Source of the DNA: Mobula hypostoma | Lineage: Eukaryota | DNA: 64,000 nt | NCBI RefSeq assembly: GCF_963921235.1 | Contig: NC_086097.1 | Coordinates: forward strand, 74,092,001-74,156,000 | Direction: 5' to 3' | Shown here: positions 49,263 to 61,360 of the stretch, piece by piece | Layout of the letters: each line of letters begins with the position of its first letter | Position numbering within the stretch: position 1 is the stretch's first letter | Program-made: the position numbers and the translations under genes | The notes under the pieces: generated by a model | Told to the model about the DNA's origin: nothing | Databases searched by the model: none | Seen by the model: the letters and a program-made list of their open reading frames with translations, nothing else

Positions 49263-50093
49263 CACTGGATTCTGGTTAATTGGGACACATCAGAACCAGT
49301 ACATTTTAACCCAATTAAGCAGCTGCCACAATTAACCATAGTTTTATGGAAGTAATTAAAAAGGAATAAAAATGATAAACTACCATTTAACTGAGTAACA
49401 AATTATGTATTTAAATGAAATACAGAGTAAGTTAGATCACTACCAAAATTACTACAGTACTATCAATCTTTGAATTAGTTCCTAATATTTATTGCCAGAG
49501 GAATTCATTCATTGTATGCTGATGTGCTCTTTCCATTGACTGTAAATGAACAAAATCAGCGCCGACACCTAGTGCAGGTAGTGGACTCCCTTCAAACAGT
49601 GCTTTTGACGACTGCATCCTCCAAATATCCATATTAATTATAACATTCAAGACGATTTTCAATACCTTCAAATTGTTTGTAGTTCCTAACTTGCTGAAGT
49701 AGTAAAATCATTTCATTTTCACTCCAGGCTGTTTCTGTCATTTCTAAGTCTGAATGCTCAAAACCGTGGTGAACAAAACATTTCTGAATTGTCTTACTAT
49801 TTATTACTCACCAAATATCAGTGACAAAAAAGTCACTGCTCTTTGAACACAAATGTGCAAGTGACGATTTTAAAACTGCTCGCTCTAAGCACTGTGTAGT
49901 GTCTACAGGCCACGTGATATGTATGTGACTTACACTAGTTAGAAAATGTTTGGCAACAAACTCCTGCCCCAATTAAGTGGCATTGGGTCCCAAATAAACG
50001 AACAGAATATGGCTATTTTCTTGATTTGCTTTTGTTCTCTAAGCGTTGTCCCAAATAAGTGGCTGCCAATGGAGCAATTAACTGGAATCCACT
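49263..50093. mobile_element. Non-autonomous Tigger/pogo-like DNA element
   Basis: Imperfect TIRs TA|cactggattctggttaattg and caattaactggaatccact, with sub-terminal ccaattaag repeats. Confidence 0.7.
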
Positions 50094-51169
50094 ATATTTA
50101 TAAACTTATTGCATGGTATTCAAAATAAAGTATTTTGTGCACATAATGCAAGTTAACCCAAAATAATTAGCAAAATCTTTGGAGCCAAAAAAAATTCTCC
50201 TTTAAATATTTTACATTACTTACGTATTTTGCATATTTTGAATTTGCCCCACTTCTGATTTTATGCTCTGAAAAATGTATGCAGCATTAAAAATGGTGTC
50301 CTTTTCCTCCCATGAGAAATGGCAATTAGCAGCTCAGCCAGCTTGCTGACATCGCTGTTGCTGGAGGTCGAGGATCCCCTGAACTGATTCCCAAGACCGT
50401 AAGATGTCAGGAGAGAACAATCCCACAACACTCAGAGATCAGGTAGATCTTTATGGATAGCATCCTTCAAGGACAGCAGTCATTTCATCCTAACAATATA
50501 ATCCAGATAATTGTCAATAAATTAAAAATTAAAAATGCTACCAAGGGTACGGATCTCTTTTAATAGTTGGATTTTTTAAAATATTTAATTAAAGGGAACA
50601 GATTTAATTGAGGCCTATTGAAAATACTTTTTCAGCATAAACCATTATACTGACTGCTCATAAAAAAAAGATTTTAAAAAAAGCTAAACAAATATTTCCG
50701 TGCATATTTCTTGGTCCACATATTGTGATTAAGCAGAATGATTGTGAATTTCTGGAAGTAAATTTTTATACCCTTGAATTTGACACAATGTCTGCCTGGA
50801 TACAACCCAGCTCAAACAGCCTGCCTTCCATGATGGAAAAGCATTGCAGACCAGCACAATAAGAATTAATTAACAAATTCTTCATGCATTGCTTTTTCTT
50901 TCCACTTTGAATGAGAAAAAAGTGGTGTGGTTAGGTTCACAGGAGAAAAAAAACATTGGATTTGAAACATTTGACTATACAAGTAAAAATATTATTTTTA
51001 GTCAGTTAATAGATAACAGATAGAATTGCCCTAAGAGAAAACAAATTGCAGATTAGAATGGACCTCAAGTAAAGAATGTTATTGAGTTCAATACTTTACA
51101 CTCTCAAATGAGGTGTACATTTAATGTAGCCATGCAAATAACACTGATATAAAGACTTGCCTAAAATTA

Positions 51170-53940
51170 ACATAGAACAGTATAGTGCAGGAACAGGCCA
51201 TCTGGCCCACAATGTTGTGCTGAACCATTTAAAAACAAACCAAGAGCACCCAAACACTAATCCCTCCTACCTACACCGTGTCAATATCCCTCTGTCTTCC
51301 TTACATCCAAGTGCCTATCCAAACCTCTAATGTATTTGCCTCTACCACTATACCAGCCAGCACATTCCAGGCATCCATGACTCTCTGAGTAAAAACTTTA
51401 CCCTTCGCACCCCCCCTTGAAACTACCCCTCTCACTTTCATTGCACACCCTCCGGTATTAAGACATTTCAACCCTGGGAAACTGATACTCTCTGTCCAAT
51501 ATATGCCTCTCATAATCTTGTAAACCTCTATCAGATCTACCCCTAGCCTCCTGTGTTCCAGAGAAAACCACCCAAGCAGCCTCTCGTGATAGCGCATGCC
51601 CGCTAAATCAGGCAGTATCCAGGTAAACATCTTCAACACCCTCTGCAAAGCCTCAACATTCTTCCTACTGTGGGATGTCCAGAGCTGTACACAATACTCT
51701 AGATGTGGACTAGTTGCAACATGGTAGGGGATTCTAGGACAAGAGGGCATGACTTCAGGATTGAAGGATGTTCTTTTAGAACTGAGATGCAGAGAAATTA
51801 CTTTAGTCAGAGGTTGGTAAATCTGTGGAATTTGTTGCCATGAGCCACTGTGGAGGCCAAGTCATTGGGTGTACTTAAGGCAAAGATAGATAGGTTCTTG
51901 ATTAGCCATGGCATCAAAGGGTATGGGGTGAAAGCAAGGGAGTGGGGATGACTGGAAGAATTGGATCAGCCCATGATTGAGTGGTGGAGCAGACTTGATG
52001 GGCCAAAAGCCCTACTTCTGCTCCTATATCTTATGATCTTATGAACATAATCTTCTGACTTTTGAATTTAATCCCTTGACTAACAAAAGCAAGCATTCCA
52101 TAAGTCTTCTAAACCACTTTATCGACCTGCGTAGCCACTTTCAAGGAATTATGAACTTGGATCCCAAATGTTCCCAGGATTTTCCCTTGTTCCCTTCTTA
52201 AGATTGAAGTACATTAGCCACTCGCCAGTCTGCCGGAACCTTGCCTGTGGCTAGAGAGGACACAAAGATACTGGTCAAGGGCCCAGTAATCTTGTTTTTT
52301 GCCTCCTTCAATAATCTGGGGTAAATCCCACCAGGATTGATGTATGTAGAGAATGCCTCAGGATTCACCTTAATGTTACTTGCCAAGGACTTTTCATGGT
52401 CCTTCCTAGCTTTCCTATAGTTCTTTTCTGGCTTCTTTATATTCCTCATGTGTTTCATTTGATCCTAAGTGTGAAACTTTACACACTTTTCCTTTTTCTT
52501 CTTGACTAAATTCATTACCTCTTTGGACATTGAAGGTTCTCTCATCTTTCCATCCCTGTCCCTCCCTGTCCCTCCTTCTAACAAGGAACAAGGACATTGA
52601 AGGTTCTCTCATCTTTCCATCCCTGTCCCTCCTTCTAACAAGGAACATACCTTTACTGTACTCTGTGCAATTGATCTTTAAACACCCTCCACGTGTCTGA
52701 TGTGAACTTGCCAGAGAAAAGGTGTTCCCAATTAATGCTTCTTAGTTCCTGCCTAATGCCCTCATAATTTGCCCTACTCCAATTCAAAACTCTCCCAAAA
52801 GGCACATACCTATCCTTATCTATAGCTGTCCTGAAAGTTAAGCACTTGTGGTCACTTCCCTAACAGTTCACCCACTGAAAGGTCAGTCACCTGGCCAGAT
52901 TCATTTTCCGACACCAAGTCCAGCACAGCCCTTCCTCTCATTGGGCCGTCCACATATTGATTTAAGAAACCTTCCTGGATACACGTAACAAATTCTGCCC
53001 CATCTAAACCCCTTACACTAAGAAGGGAAATTGAAATCCCCTTTGACAACAACCCTGTGATTTTTACACATTTTCTTAGTCTGATTACATATCCGTTCCT
53101 CAATGTCCTGGTGGCTATTAGGGGGGCTGTAGAACAATCCCATCAGAGTGATTGCACACTTCCTATTCCTGAGGTCCATCTAAACGGACACAGTGTCTGT
53201 CCCTCCATTATGTCTCCCCTGAGTGTAACAGAGATATTGCCCCTGATTAGTAGAGCAACTCTTCCACCCCCCCACCCACTTTCCCTCCTTCTCTAACTTT
53301 TCTAAAGATTCAAAAACCTGGTACATTCATGCTCCTCTCTCAACCAAGTTTCAGCAAAGACTACAACATCGTCCTTCCACGTACTGATCCATGATCTAAG
53401 TTCATCACCCTCACCCATAATTCTCCTATCATTAAAATATACACGCTTCAATCTATCCAACCCATCATACCTGTTTTGCCTTTTGCCGTTCAATACTTTC
53501 CGTGACATCTACCTTCTGGTTCAACGCTTCCCTTACTGACCTGGGGCTCCAGATACTAGCCCCCTGCAAAACTAGTTTAAATGCTCCCAAGTAGGATCAG
53601 CAAACCTCCCGGCCAGGATATCTGTTCCTCTCCAGTTCAGGTACAACCCATCCCTCTTATACAGGTCACCTCTTTCCCAGAAAAGGTTTCAATGATCCAA
53701 GAATTTGAAACTCTGTCCCTTGAACCATTCCTGTAGCTATTCGTTCATCGTGCCATCAACCCATTCCAACCTGCACTAGGCCTTGGCACAGGAAGTAATC
53801 CAGAGATTACAACCTTGGAGGTCCTTCTCTTCAACCTCTTTCCTAACTCTATTTACGCACTTAGTAGGACCTCTTCCCCTTTTCTGTCTATGTCATTGCT
53901 ACCAATATGCACCACGAACTCTGGCTGTTCCCCCTCCCAT
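51170..53940 (-). mobile_element. Long degenerate CR1 LINE (endonuclease to 3' end) with a nested plus-strand CR1 3' end at 51723-52043
   Basis: Peptides PHLEYCVQLW, VPADWRVANV, FLNQYVDGP.RGRAVLDLV and DELRSWISTW..DVVVFAETWL. The nested copy is flanked by AACAT and ends in (TCTTATGA)n. Confidence 0.85.
52525..52648. repeat. Local tandem duplication of about 60 bp within the CR1
   Basis: ggacattgaaggttctctcatctttccatccctgtccctcc...ttctaacaaggaaca occurs twice. Confidence 0.9.
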
Positions 53941-54369
53941 TTCCAGATTACAAAAAAATACTTACTCTGTATTTCATTTAAATACATAATTTGTTACTCA
54001 GTTAAATGATTACATTTAAAATTGACAACAGATTATTTCACTCTAGCAAATTAAAGTAAGCGCTAAATTAGCAGCATACAATATGTTCAACGAGATAGAA
54101 TGGCACAGTGAATCATTCAGACCCTTACACATGATGGAAATGTGGGGAGAAAAGGGGGCATGTAACTGCTTGGGGCCTGTCATTGGTTCCCAATATTGGT
54201 GCTAGCTTTAGATTCTTAGATAGTGTTTCAAAATTTCTGATCAGGGATTTTAGTAGTCCAAAGCTCTGTGAATACAGTGCCACTGAACTCTTAGACAAAA
54301 TTACATTTAATCTGCCAGCTACCAAGTTAATAGCACTGCACAACAGACTAGGGATTCTACTGAGGTGGC

Positions 54370-57300
54370 TCTACTGCTGATGGATTTGACCAGAGCAGAA
54401 GCCCAAGGAGAAGATTGCTGAGACTTTTGTTCTGGAGCAGCTGTCAGAACAATGAACATGGGTCTGACAGCATAAACTAGTGGACGGACTCACTGCAGAA
54501 TGACTTGCTCTGCAGTATTTCAATGCCCACAAGGGGGCACCATCAGGGCCAACATTCTGAAGCAACAGAGACTCTAACCCTCCAAAGGACTCTCAGCTAA
54601 CTCTGGAGAATTGGGGAGTGGGAGAAACAAGTGCAAAGAAGTTTTGGTATTTTCTTCTAAGACTTTTGTTTGCTACCATTGACAGCAACTCAGTCATAAG
54701 TCCTCTGTGTGTCCTCTCAAGAAGCCCAAATTGTCAGGTATGTGCTATGCACCAAGGTAGCGAGAATGTGAAGATGATGATAATAACTGTAATGATGATG
54801 AGTATGGTAATGGAAAACAAGCAGAATGTGAGAAGAAAGAGCCTGTGTTTATAATCGTCAAACTTAATGGAAAACTGTTAAAGCTCTTTTAGATTCTGGT
54901 AGCTCATTGTTATTTATTACAACACCATGCCCTGCCTTTGGTGTTGACTACAGTTATCAAACACCTGCCCGATGTGCCCATGGTGAATTGAAATCTGAGC
55001 CACTGGCAGAACTCACTACTGAGCTGGATGATCACAAGTATTTGATGAAAGTGGTGTTGCTGGAGAAACCACCAGTTGACATGATTCTGGGGAGAGATTT
55101 GCCCGTTACATGAGCTACTGAGGAAAGGAAATAGCCAATCACATTCATCTGTTACTCCAGGAGTAGATAGTGCTGTTTCATATTTTGTCGTGACTCGTAC
55201 TAAAACCAAAGCACTGGCCGGTTTACAATCTCTGCCTGATTTGGATTCTAGTCTGAGCAACAGAGGAACCAAAAGGACTAAAAAGTCATGAGGGTAATGG
55301 CACCTTAACAAATATGCTAGTTCTCCTGCTTCTGTTGATATTTGCACAGATGATATACCCATTGACGATGACTCGGAAGGGGTCATAGAGGCCTGGGAAG
55401 GTTGACCTCTTCCATCTCGATTACCACCAAACAGTGGAGCCGCAGCTGGTGTTTGGTAACTTTCCACAGCTATTCCAGCAGAGACCAAGGCTGACAAAAG
55501 CCCTACAACCTTCATCAGGATCAAACCTGACCAGGGTTCAGTTCGCCAACACTACTACAGAGTGATAGAGCAACTTGTGGGGGCCCTGAAGGATGAAATT
55601 TGGACCATACTGGAGCTGGGAGCAGTCCTATCGTTATCACCCCCAAAAAGGAATGGCATCCTGAGGTATGAAATAGAGCAGGTCTGTCACGAGTAATTTC
55701 TCCTTCGTTCTCCCTGCCCCGCCAAGTAGCCTTGTAAATTCTCATTATCTCTATCTGGCAGTGCTGACGTCCTGCTTATCATGTGCACATGCTCAGTGGA
55801 AGAGTTAATTTTGAATGATGGCAAAGAGTGTGGGCTCCAGGAAAATAGTTAGTTGATTGATTTCACCGCAAAATGCCATTGTGAGCTTATTGAGATTAAT
55901 GTATTTGTGATTGTGAAGAAAGATAAGAATTCCTGTATTTTGGCTTTGTGTAATCGTTCAGCGTTATGGCAACAACTTCCCTACATGCCCCGCATGTGGA
56001 CGATCCCTTTTCTCCTATTGTGAGAAGATTGCTGATTATAGTTCTTTTTTGGTACGTGAAGAGAGAAGAAGATTGTGGGAAGATGTACTAGTTACAGACT
56101 GAAGTTTTGGAGCTGTGGTCCTAAAGTTCTGATGGTATATATCTGTACTTTTCTCTTTTGTCATTTTTGCTATTTTGCCATTTTTTTCCACTATAAATAC
56201 TTTTGCACTTTTTCTAAAAGTTTTCCACCTTTGGCACACAATAAACACATTTGCACTGAAGGTGCTATTGCAGGCTGTCGTCTGATTTTTAAAGTCCACA
56301 CTTTTACAAGGGCATGCCACTCTCACCAAAACCCAATGGTTTGACTGGTATGCATTGATTTCCAGAAGTTGAATGTCATTTCTTTTCTGATGCTTACCCT
56401 ATGTTCTGCATTGATGACCTACTCAAAAAGATTGGATGGGAAAACTACATTATTACACTGGAGCTTTGTAAAGGCTACTGGCAGGATCGCCTGGATAGCC
56501 AACTGAAAAATCCTCACTGCCATCCGCACACCCTTGGATCTGCACTTTGGTTTTCATGGTGCACCAGCCACCTTCTAGCAGCTGATGGACTGGGTACTCC
56601 AAGGCTGTGAGGACTGCAGTACGGCCTAACTGGATGGTGTGGTTGTCTATAACCAAATGTAGTCAGAGCACCTGGACCATCTGTGCAGGATCTGAGGGAA
56701 TATTCATGCTGCCAGTCTCACCCTCAATCTACAAAAAATGTAAGCGGGCAAAAATGGAACCAGATACCTTGGCTACAGCTGGGACATGGAGAGGTTCGAG
56801 CACAGGTGGACAAAATGGAAGTGAACCACAACAGTTCTTGATCTCACACCAAGAAGGAAGTGAAGCCTTTCCTGGGTCTGGTAGGGTGGTATCGCAGATT
56901 TACTCTGGCTGCACCTCTAACTAATCTTACTGGAAAGCTTGTAAGCGACCCAGTGATGAGGCCAAGTAAGCGTGAAAATGTTTCTCAAGCCCTTAAAGCC
57001 CACATATTCTTCACCTGTCCTTCAGAGCCCAGACTTTTGACAAACAGTTCCTTGTCCAAGTGGATGCCTCGGGACCAGGCATTGGAACAGTGTTGGCCCA
57101 AGCAGAACTTGGAGAAAAGCGACCTGACCTTTACCCAAGCCGAAAGCTCCTCCCAAGGGAAACCAGGTATTCACTGAAAAGGAGTGTCTGGCCATTAAGT
57201 GGGCCTTTGACAGCTTCCAGGACTACCTTCTTGGCAGGGAGTTTGACCTTTACACAGACCACAGAGTGTTGACATGGATTCAGGCAAAGAAGGGCCGTAA

Positions 57301-57490
57301 TGCCAGAGTGACAATCCAACTCTTCAAAGTCTGTGTCTACCATAAAGCAGAGAAAGGAAATGTTACCGCAGACTACCTGTCTTGGCTGCCACAGGAGGGG
57401 AGGGTGGTAATGTGACGGAGAGCACTCCTTACACACACACAGCCTTGTCATTCTGCTGTCGCTGCACTGAGTGTACACACTCCAATGTCT
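54370..57490 (+). mobile_element. Degenerate Gypsy element of Gmr1 type (SCAN-like gag, protease, RT, RNase H, PPT, LTR start)
   Basis: Peptides WI*PEQKPKEKIAETFVLEQ..WV*QH, LDSGS, ILGRDLP, CIDFQKLN, LELCKGYWQ, FLGLVGWYRRF, DASGPGIGTVLAQ and YTDHRVL. Purine tract at 57393-57410, then TGTGAC at 57411. Confidence 0.8.
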
Positions 57491-57724
57491 TCCACAGTAT
57501 ATTCTCCTAAACCGAGCTAAGGTGTTCGGGTTGGCTTTATGGTGCCTTTCCCACCATACGTGGCAGAATATTCCATTTCATTAGTAATGGGGATGTATAA
57601 ATGCATACATGTTGTTTGTATGCTGTATTTAAATTAGATACTTCTGTTTATTTTGTATTATGATTGTAACTACATTGTGAGGCACATCATATTCTAACTC
57701 ATGTGTTAACTTGGTTAACTTAAG

Positions 57725-58822
57725 GCCTCATGCACTCCAGGCACTCCAACAGTTCCACAACCATTTGAACAGTATACATCCAAACATTCAATATACCATG
57801 GAGATGGAGAAGAATGGTTGCCTCCTGTTCCTGGACATCCTAATAAGATAGAAACCAAACAGCTACCTTGGACCTAGCATCTATTGGAAACCCACTCAGA
57901 CGGACTTATACTTCAACAATAACAGCCACCAGCACGCCTCTCAAAGTAGAGCAGTTCTTCCTATTTTGATTAACTGTGTGAATACTATTTTAGACCCACA
58001 GAATCTCACCAAGGAAATAAGATGATTACGCATGACATTCCTACAAAATGTTACGAGGTGAAGGAAATCAATTGGGCTCTTAAAAGGGCCAAAAGAAATC
58101 CAGGAAACGCAACAATGAGGAGGAACCTGTTGCTACCACCTGTCTTTCCTATACTTCCATGGTTTCTGGAAGGATCGCCTATATCCTGAAGAAATACCGG
58201 ATTAATACCACCCACCCATAAGAAAGCTCAAACCATGGCTAACGCAGTCAAAGATGACCTGAGATTCAGGTCCGCTGGCACCTACAAGATTCCCGTGAAT
58301 GTGGAGCAGCGTACATTGGTCAGATGGTTCACACAGTGGAAACCCGCATCAAGGAGCACAAGAGGTGTTTCCGTTTGGGTTACCCGGAGAAATCGGCAGT
58401 AGCAGAACATTACATTCACAATGGCCATAGGACTGACTTCAACGGCACAAAACTACTGTGCCACGCCAATGGCTCTTGGGACCCCCCGGTAAAAGAAGCT
58501 ATTGAAATAAAACTAGAGGAAAATAATGTTGTCAAAGACGAAGGTCTTGCTCTAACAACTGGAATTCGATTGTAAACAAGGTGGGAGACCCGAAACCTGA
58601 CGAGATGAGGACTAACCAATAAAGAGAGACAGAGTACGGGCATATAAATACCCCCGGACTAAGCCTGCCCGGGCATCACCAGACTACACCTGCCCGCGCA
58701 TCACCCCTGATTAAGGTGGCAGAGTTTGTCATCAAAACGTCAGTTATAAATCAATGCCTGTACCCAGCTGGAAGCCCGAGAAGGGTTTACTCATCATATG
58801 CGCCAGGAAAGCACTAGATCCT
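57725..58822 (+). mobile_element. Degenerate Penelope-like element of a second family (RT thumb plus GIY-YIG)
   Basis: Peptides HLNSIHPNIQYTME..FLDIL, KPTQTDLY and ECGAAYIGQ..TVETRIKEH..SAVAEH. Confidence 0.8.
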
Positions 58823-59313
58823 TTTTAAGCATTAAATTCTGTTTTTGAGGTTAACTTGGTTGTTAATTAAAGATGATATGTCCGAGTGTCTTAAAAAAAG
58901 GATCTGTTTGCCCTCAGTAGATAAGAAAGATCGGGGCTGCCAGGAATTAACAATGGCCAAGAACATAACTATTATTTTGTTTTCGGGTAGATATCTTTTT
59001 GTAAATATTGGCAGTTTTATTTTACTAATATTTGTAAGTTTGATTTTTGACACACCTAATAAACACCCTTGCACTAAAGTGCTAAGTGACTCCAGCCATT
59101 TTTTCCCCTTTTGGCCTTAACCCACGCATTTAACAGTTCCCTTTAATATTGTAGGTGACATCATTCCTCATTGTATAAAAGGAATACAGCACAGTAAACT
59201 CAGAAAATGCTTCACAAAGTAAAAAAGACAGGGTGAAGTGGTACAGTGTATTTCTATAATGGAGAGTGCAAAAATCAAGATTCATAAATCAAAGACATAT
59301 ACCCTATTGTATC

Positions 59314-59521
59314 GCAAACAACAGGAATTCTGCAGATGCTGGAAATTCAAGCAACACACATCAAAGTTGCTGGTGAACGCAGCAGGCCAGGCAGCATCTA
59401 TAGGAAGAGGCGCAGTCGATGTTTCAGTCCTGACGAAGGGTCTCGGCCTGAAACGTCGACTGCGCCTCTTCCTATAGATGCTGCCTGGCCTGCTGCGTTC
59501 ACCAGCAACTTTGATGTGTGT
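59314..59521 (+). mobile_element. Palindromic Penelope-pLTR-derived mini-element with a minimal hammerhead ribozyme motif
   Basis: 14-bp TSD TACCCTATTGTATC (59300-59313 and 59522-59535). Arms at about 59353-59427 and 59448-59522 have one mismatch. Confidence 0.88.
59425..59462 (+). ncRNA. Minimal type I hammerhead ribozyme motif (predicted)
   Basis: CAGUC-CUGACGA-AGG(GUCUCGG)CCU-GAAAC-GUC-GACUG: 5-bp helix I, intact CUGANGA/GAAA core, short helix II, vestigial palindromic helix III (ACGU) and a GUC cleavage triplet. Confidence 0.7.
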
Positions 59522-61059
59522 TACCCTATTGTATCTACTGAGTAGTAACAAATATTTGTAAATTAAACACTCAGAGCAAAAATTATCTTTATTTTATATA
59601 TATGGTTACAAGGACCAATTTTGACTGATTAAAAAAAGTGCTCCAGTGTTATAAGTCCAAAATGTACATTCTTTTACTATAACACATGGAGTGAAAAACA
59701 TCAAAAGATATAATTTGTACAACTGTAAAAACCACTACACATTTCCTATTCAATATGGCTACTAATTTTGGATGCTAATGTAAATTTAGCAAGAACATTC
59801 TACGACTTTTGGCAACTGCATTAAACAAGGAATGTAGTAATGCTGAAACCAGATCCTTCAAGGACTACCTTAATGTGGAAAATGTTCAGCTTGGAAAATG
59901 TCACAGAATTTGCTTGAAGACTGCAGTAAATTTTTTAAAAATGCCGCATGTTTCATACAGCTATAAAGTACCCAACATCTTGCTTAGCTCCAAGGACCAT
60001 GAATGTCTCTAATTTATATACTCTGGTCTTGGCTTCCAAAATCACACTTTTCTTAAGGCATATCTCGTGCAAAAGAACTTTATTCTTACCTGCCCCCTCA
60101 TCCCACACACACAATTCTGAAGACCTTATTCAAAATTAAGCTTTGTTAACTGGATGAATGATTTGATTGGCAATTTCAAATTATCATGATGAAAGACAGG
60201 GAAATGTCCGAATCGACAATCAAATAATTCAGGTAAGTAACATAAATGACTGTTCAAAATAAGCTATTGTGTCATGGGTTGACTCAGAGCTTAAAATACT
60301 TCTCAATCCAAAAAAAAAAGACTCCTCAGAATTAATGAATTTTCGGGGAAGAAAAAGTTATTTCGCTACACCATCTTAAAGGATACTGAGATTAAGAATC
60401 TCATAAACATACCAGTTATTCACAAATGAGCCATAGAGGGCACTATTGTAACATCAACAAATCAGAGGGAAAATGCAAACACACTGCTGACCCAAATGAA
60501 ATACATGTATATAATACAATAATGTTGCCCACCAATAAATTGCTTGGGTAATATTTGGAGATCTTAGTATTAAAATAACACTCAGATTTCAGTCTAAGAA
60601 TCAGACACTTCACAAATAACAACCCTTGAGGTTTCTGAAAGGAACCTTCTTTATTTCATATCCTTTGTCAGTATGTTTTTAAACTAATTTTTCAAATCCT
60701 TCACCGCAATATACTTAATTGGTAATGAACATTTCAGTTAACCCTCAAGACTGCTGTGACATGTTTGTTAGTAATTTGTCACATTATGACAACAATGCAA
60801 ACACAACTTTTTCTCTCAGTGAAGTTACAAACTGCAGTGTATGTTGCATCAGATACTTTTCTGGAACCATGGGCATGGCAAAAATATTTTCTATTTTCCA
60901 GAACTAAGTCCATCAATCTACAAATGATATTTTAGTTAAATATATATACTTATATTTGAATGCCTGATGTGTGTTAAAGTATATATTTAGTGCCTGTTTA
61001 GTCATGCATACAAAGCAACATAAGCTATATCAAACTGAAAATAATGAGCAAATAATAAT

Positions 61060-61360
61060 GGGTGCCACAGTCGCGTAGCAGTCAGCACGATGCAATCACA
61101 GCTCAGGGCAGAGTTTGGAGTTCAATTCCAGCACCATCTGTAAGGAGTTTGTAGGTTCTCCCCATGACCGTGTGGATTTCCTCCGGGTGCTCTGATTTCC
61201 TCCCTCAGCCCAAGGACATATGGGTTATAGGTTAAATGGTCATTGTAAATTGTCTTGTGATTAGCCTAGTGTTAAAAATGATAGGATGATTGCTGGGCGA
61301 TGTGGCTCGTTAGGCTGGAAGGGTCCGTTCTACGCTGTATCTCTAAATAGATAAATTAAA
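61060..61360 (+). mobile_element. HE1/V-SINE-like tRNA-derived SINE
   Basis: B-box ggagttcaattcc, V-domain-like ctgtaaggagtttgtaggttctcccc...tttcctccgggtgctctgatttcctccc, and a CR1-like 3' tail gggtccgttctacgctgtatctctaaa. Confidence 0.8.

Noticed and set aside
53390..53430. GEGDEL peptide as the DPH6 EGDEVEDL exon
   Set aside because: The context (DELRSWISTW..VFAETWL) is the CR1 endonuclease domain.
54910..55524. 204-aa minus-strand ORF with a signal-peptide-like start
   Set aside because: It is antisense to degenerate Gypsy pol sequence, with no independent support.
59282..59551. Near-identical ORFs on both strands
   Set aside because: This is an artefact of the palindromic element.
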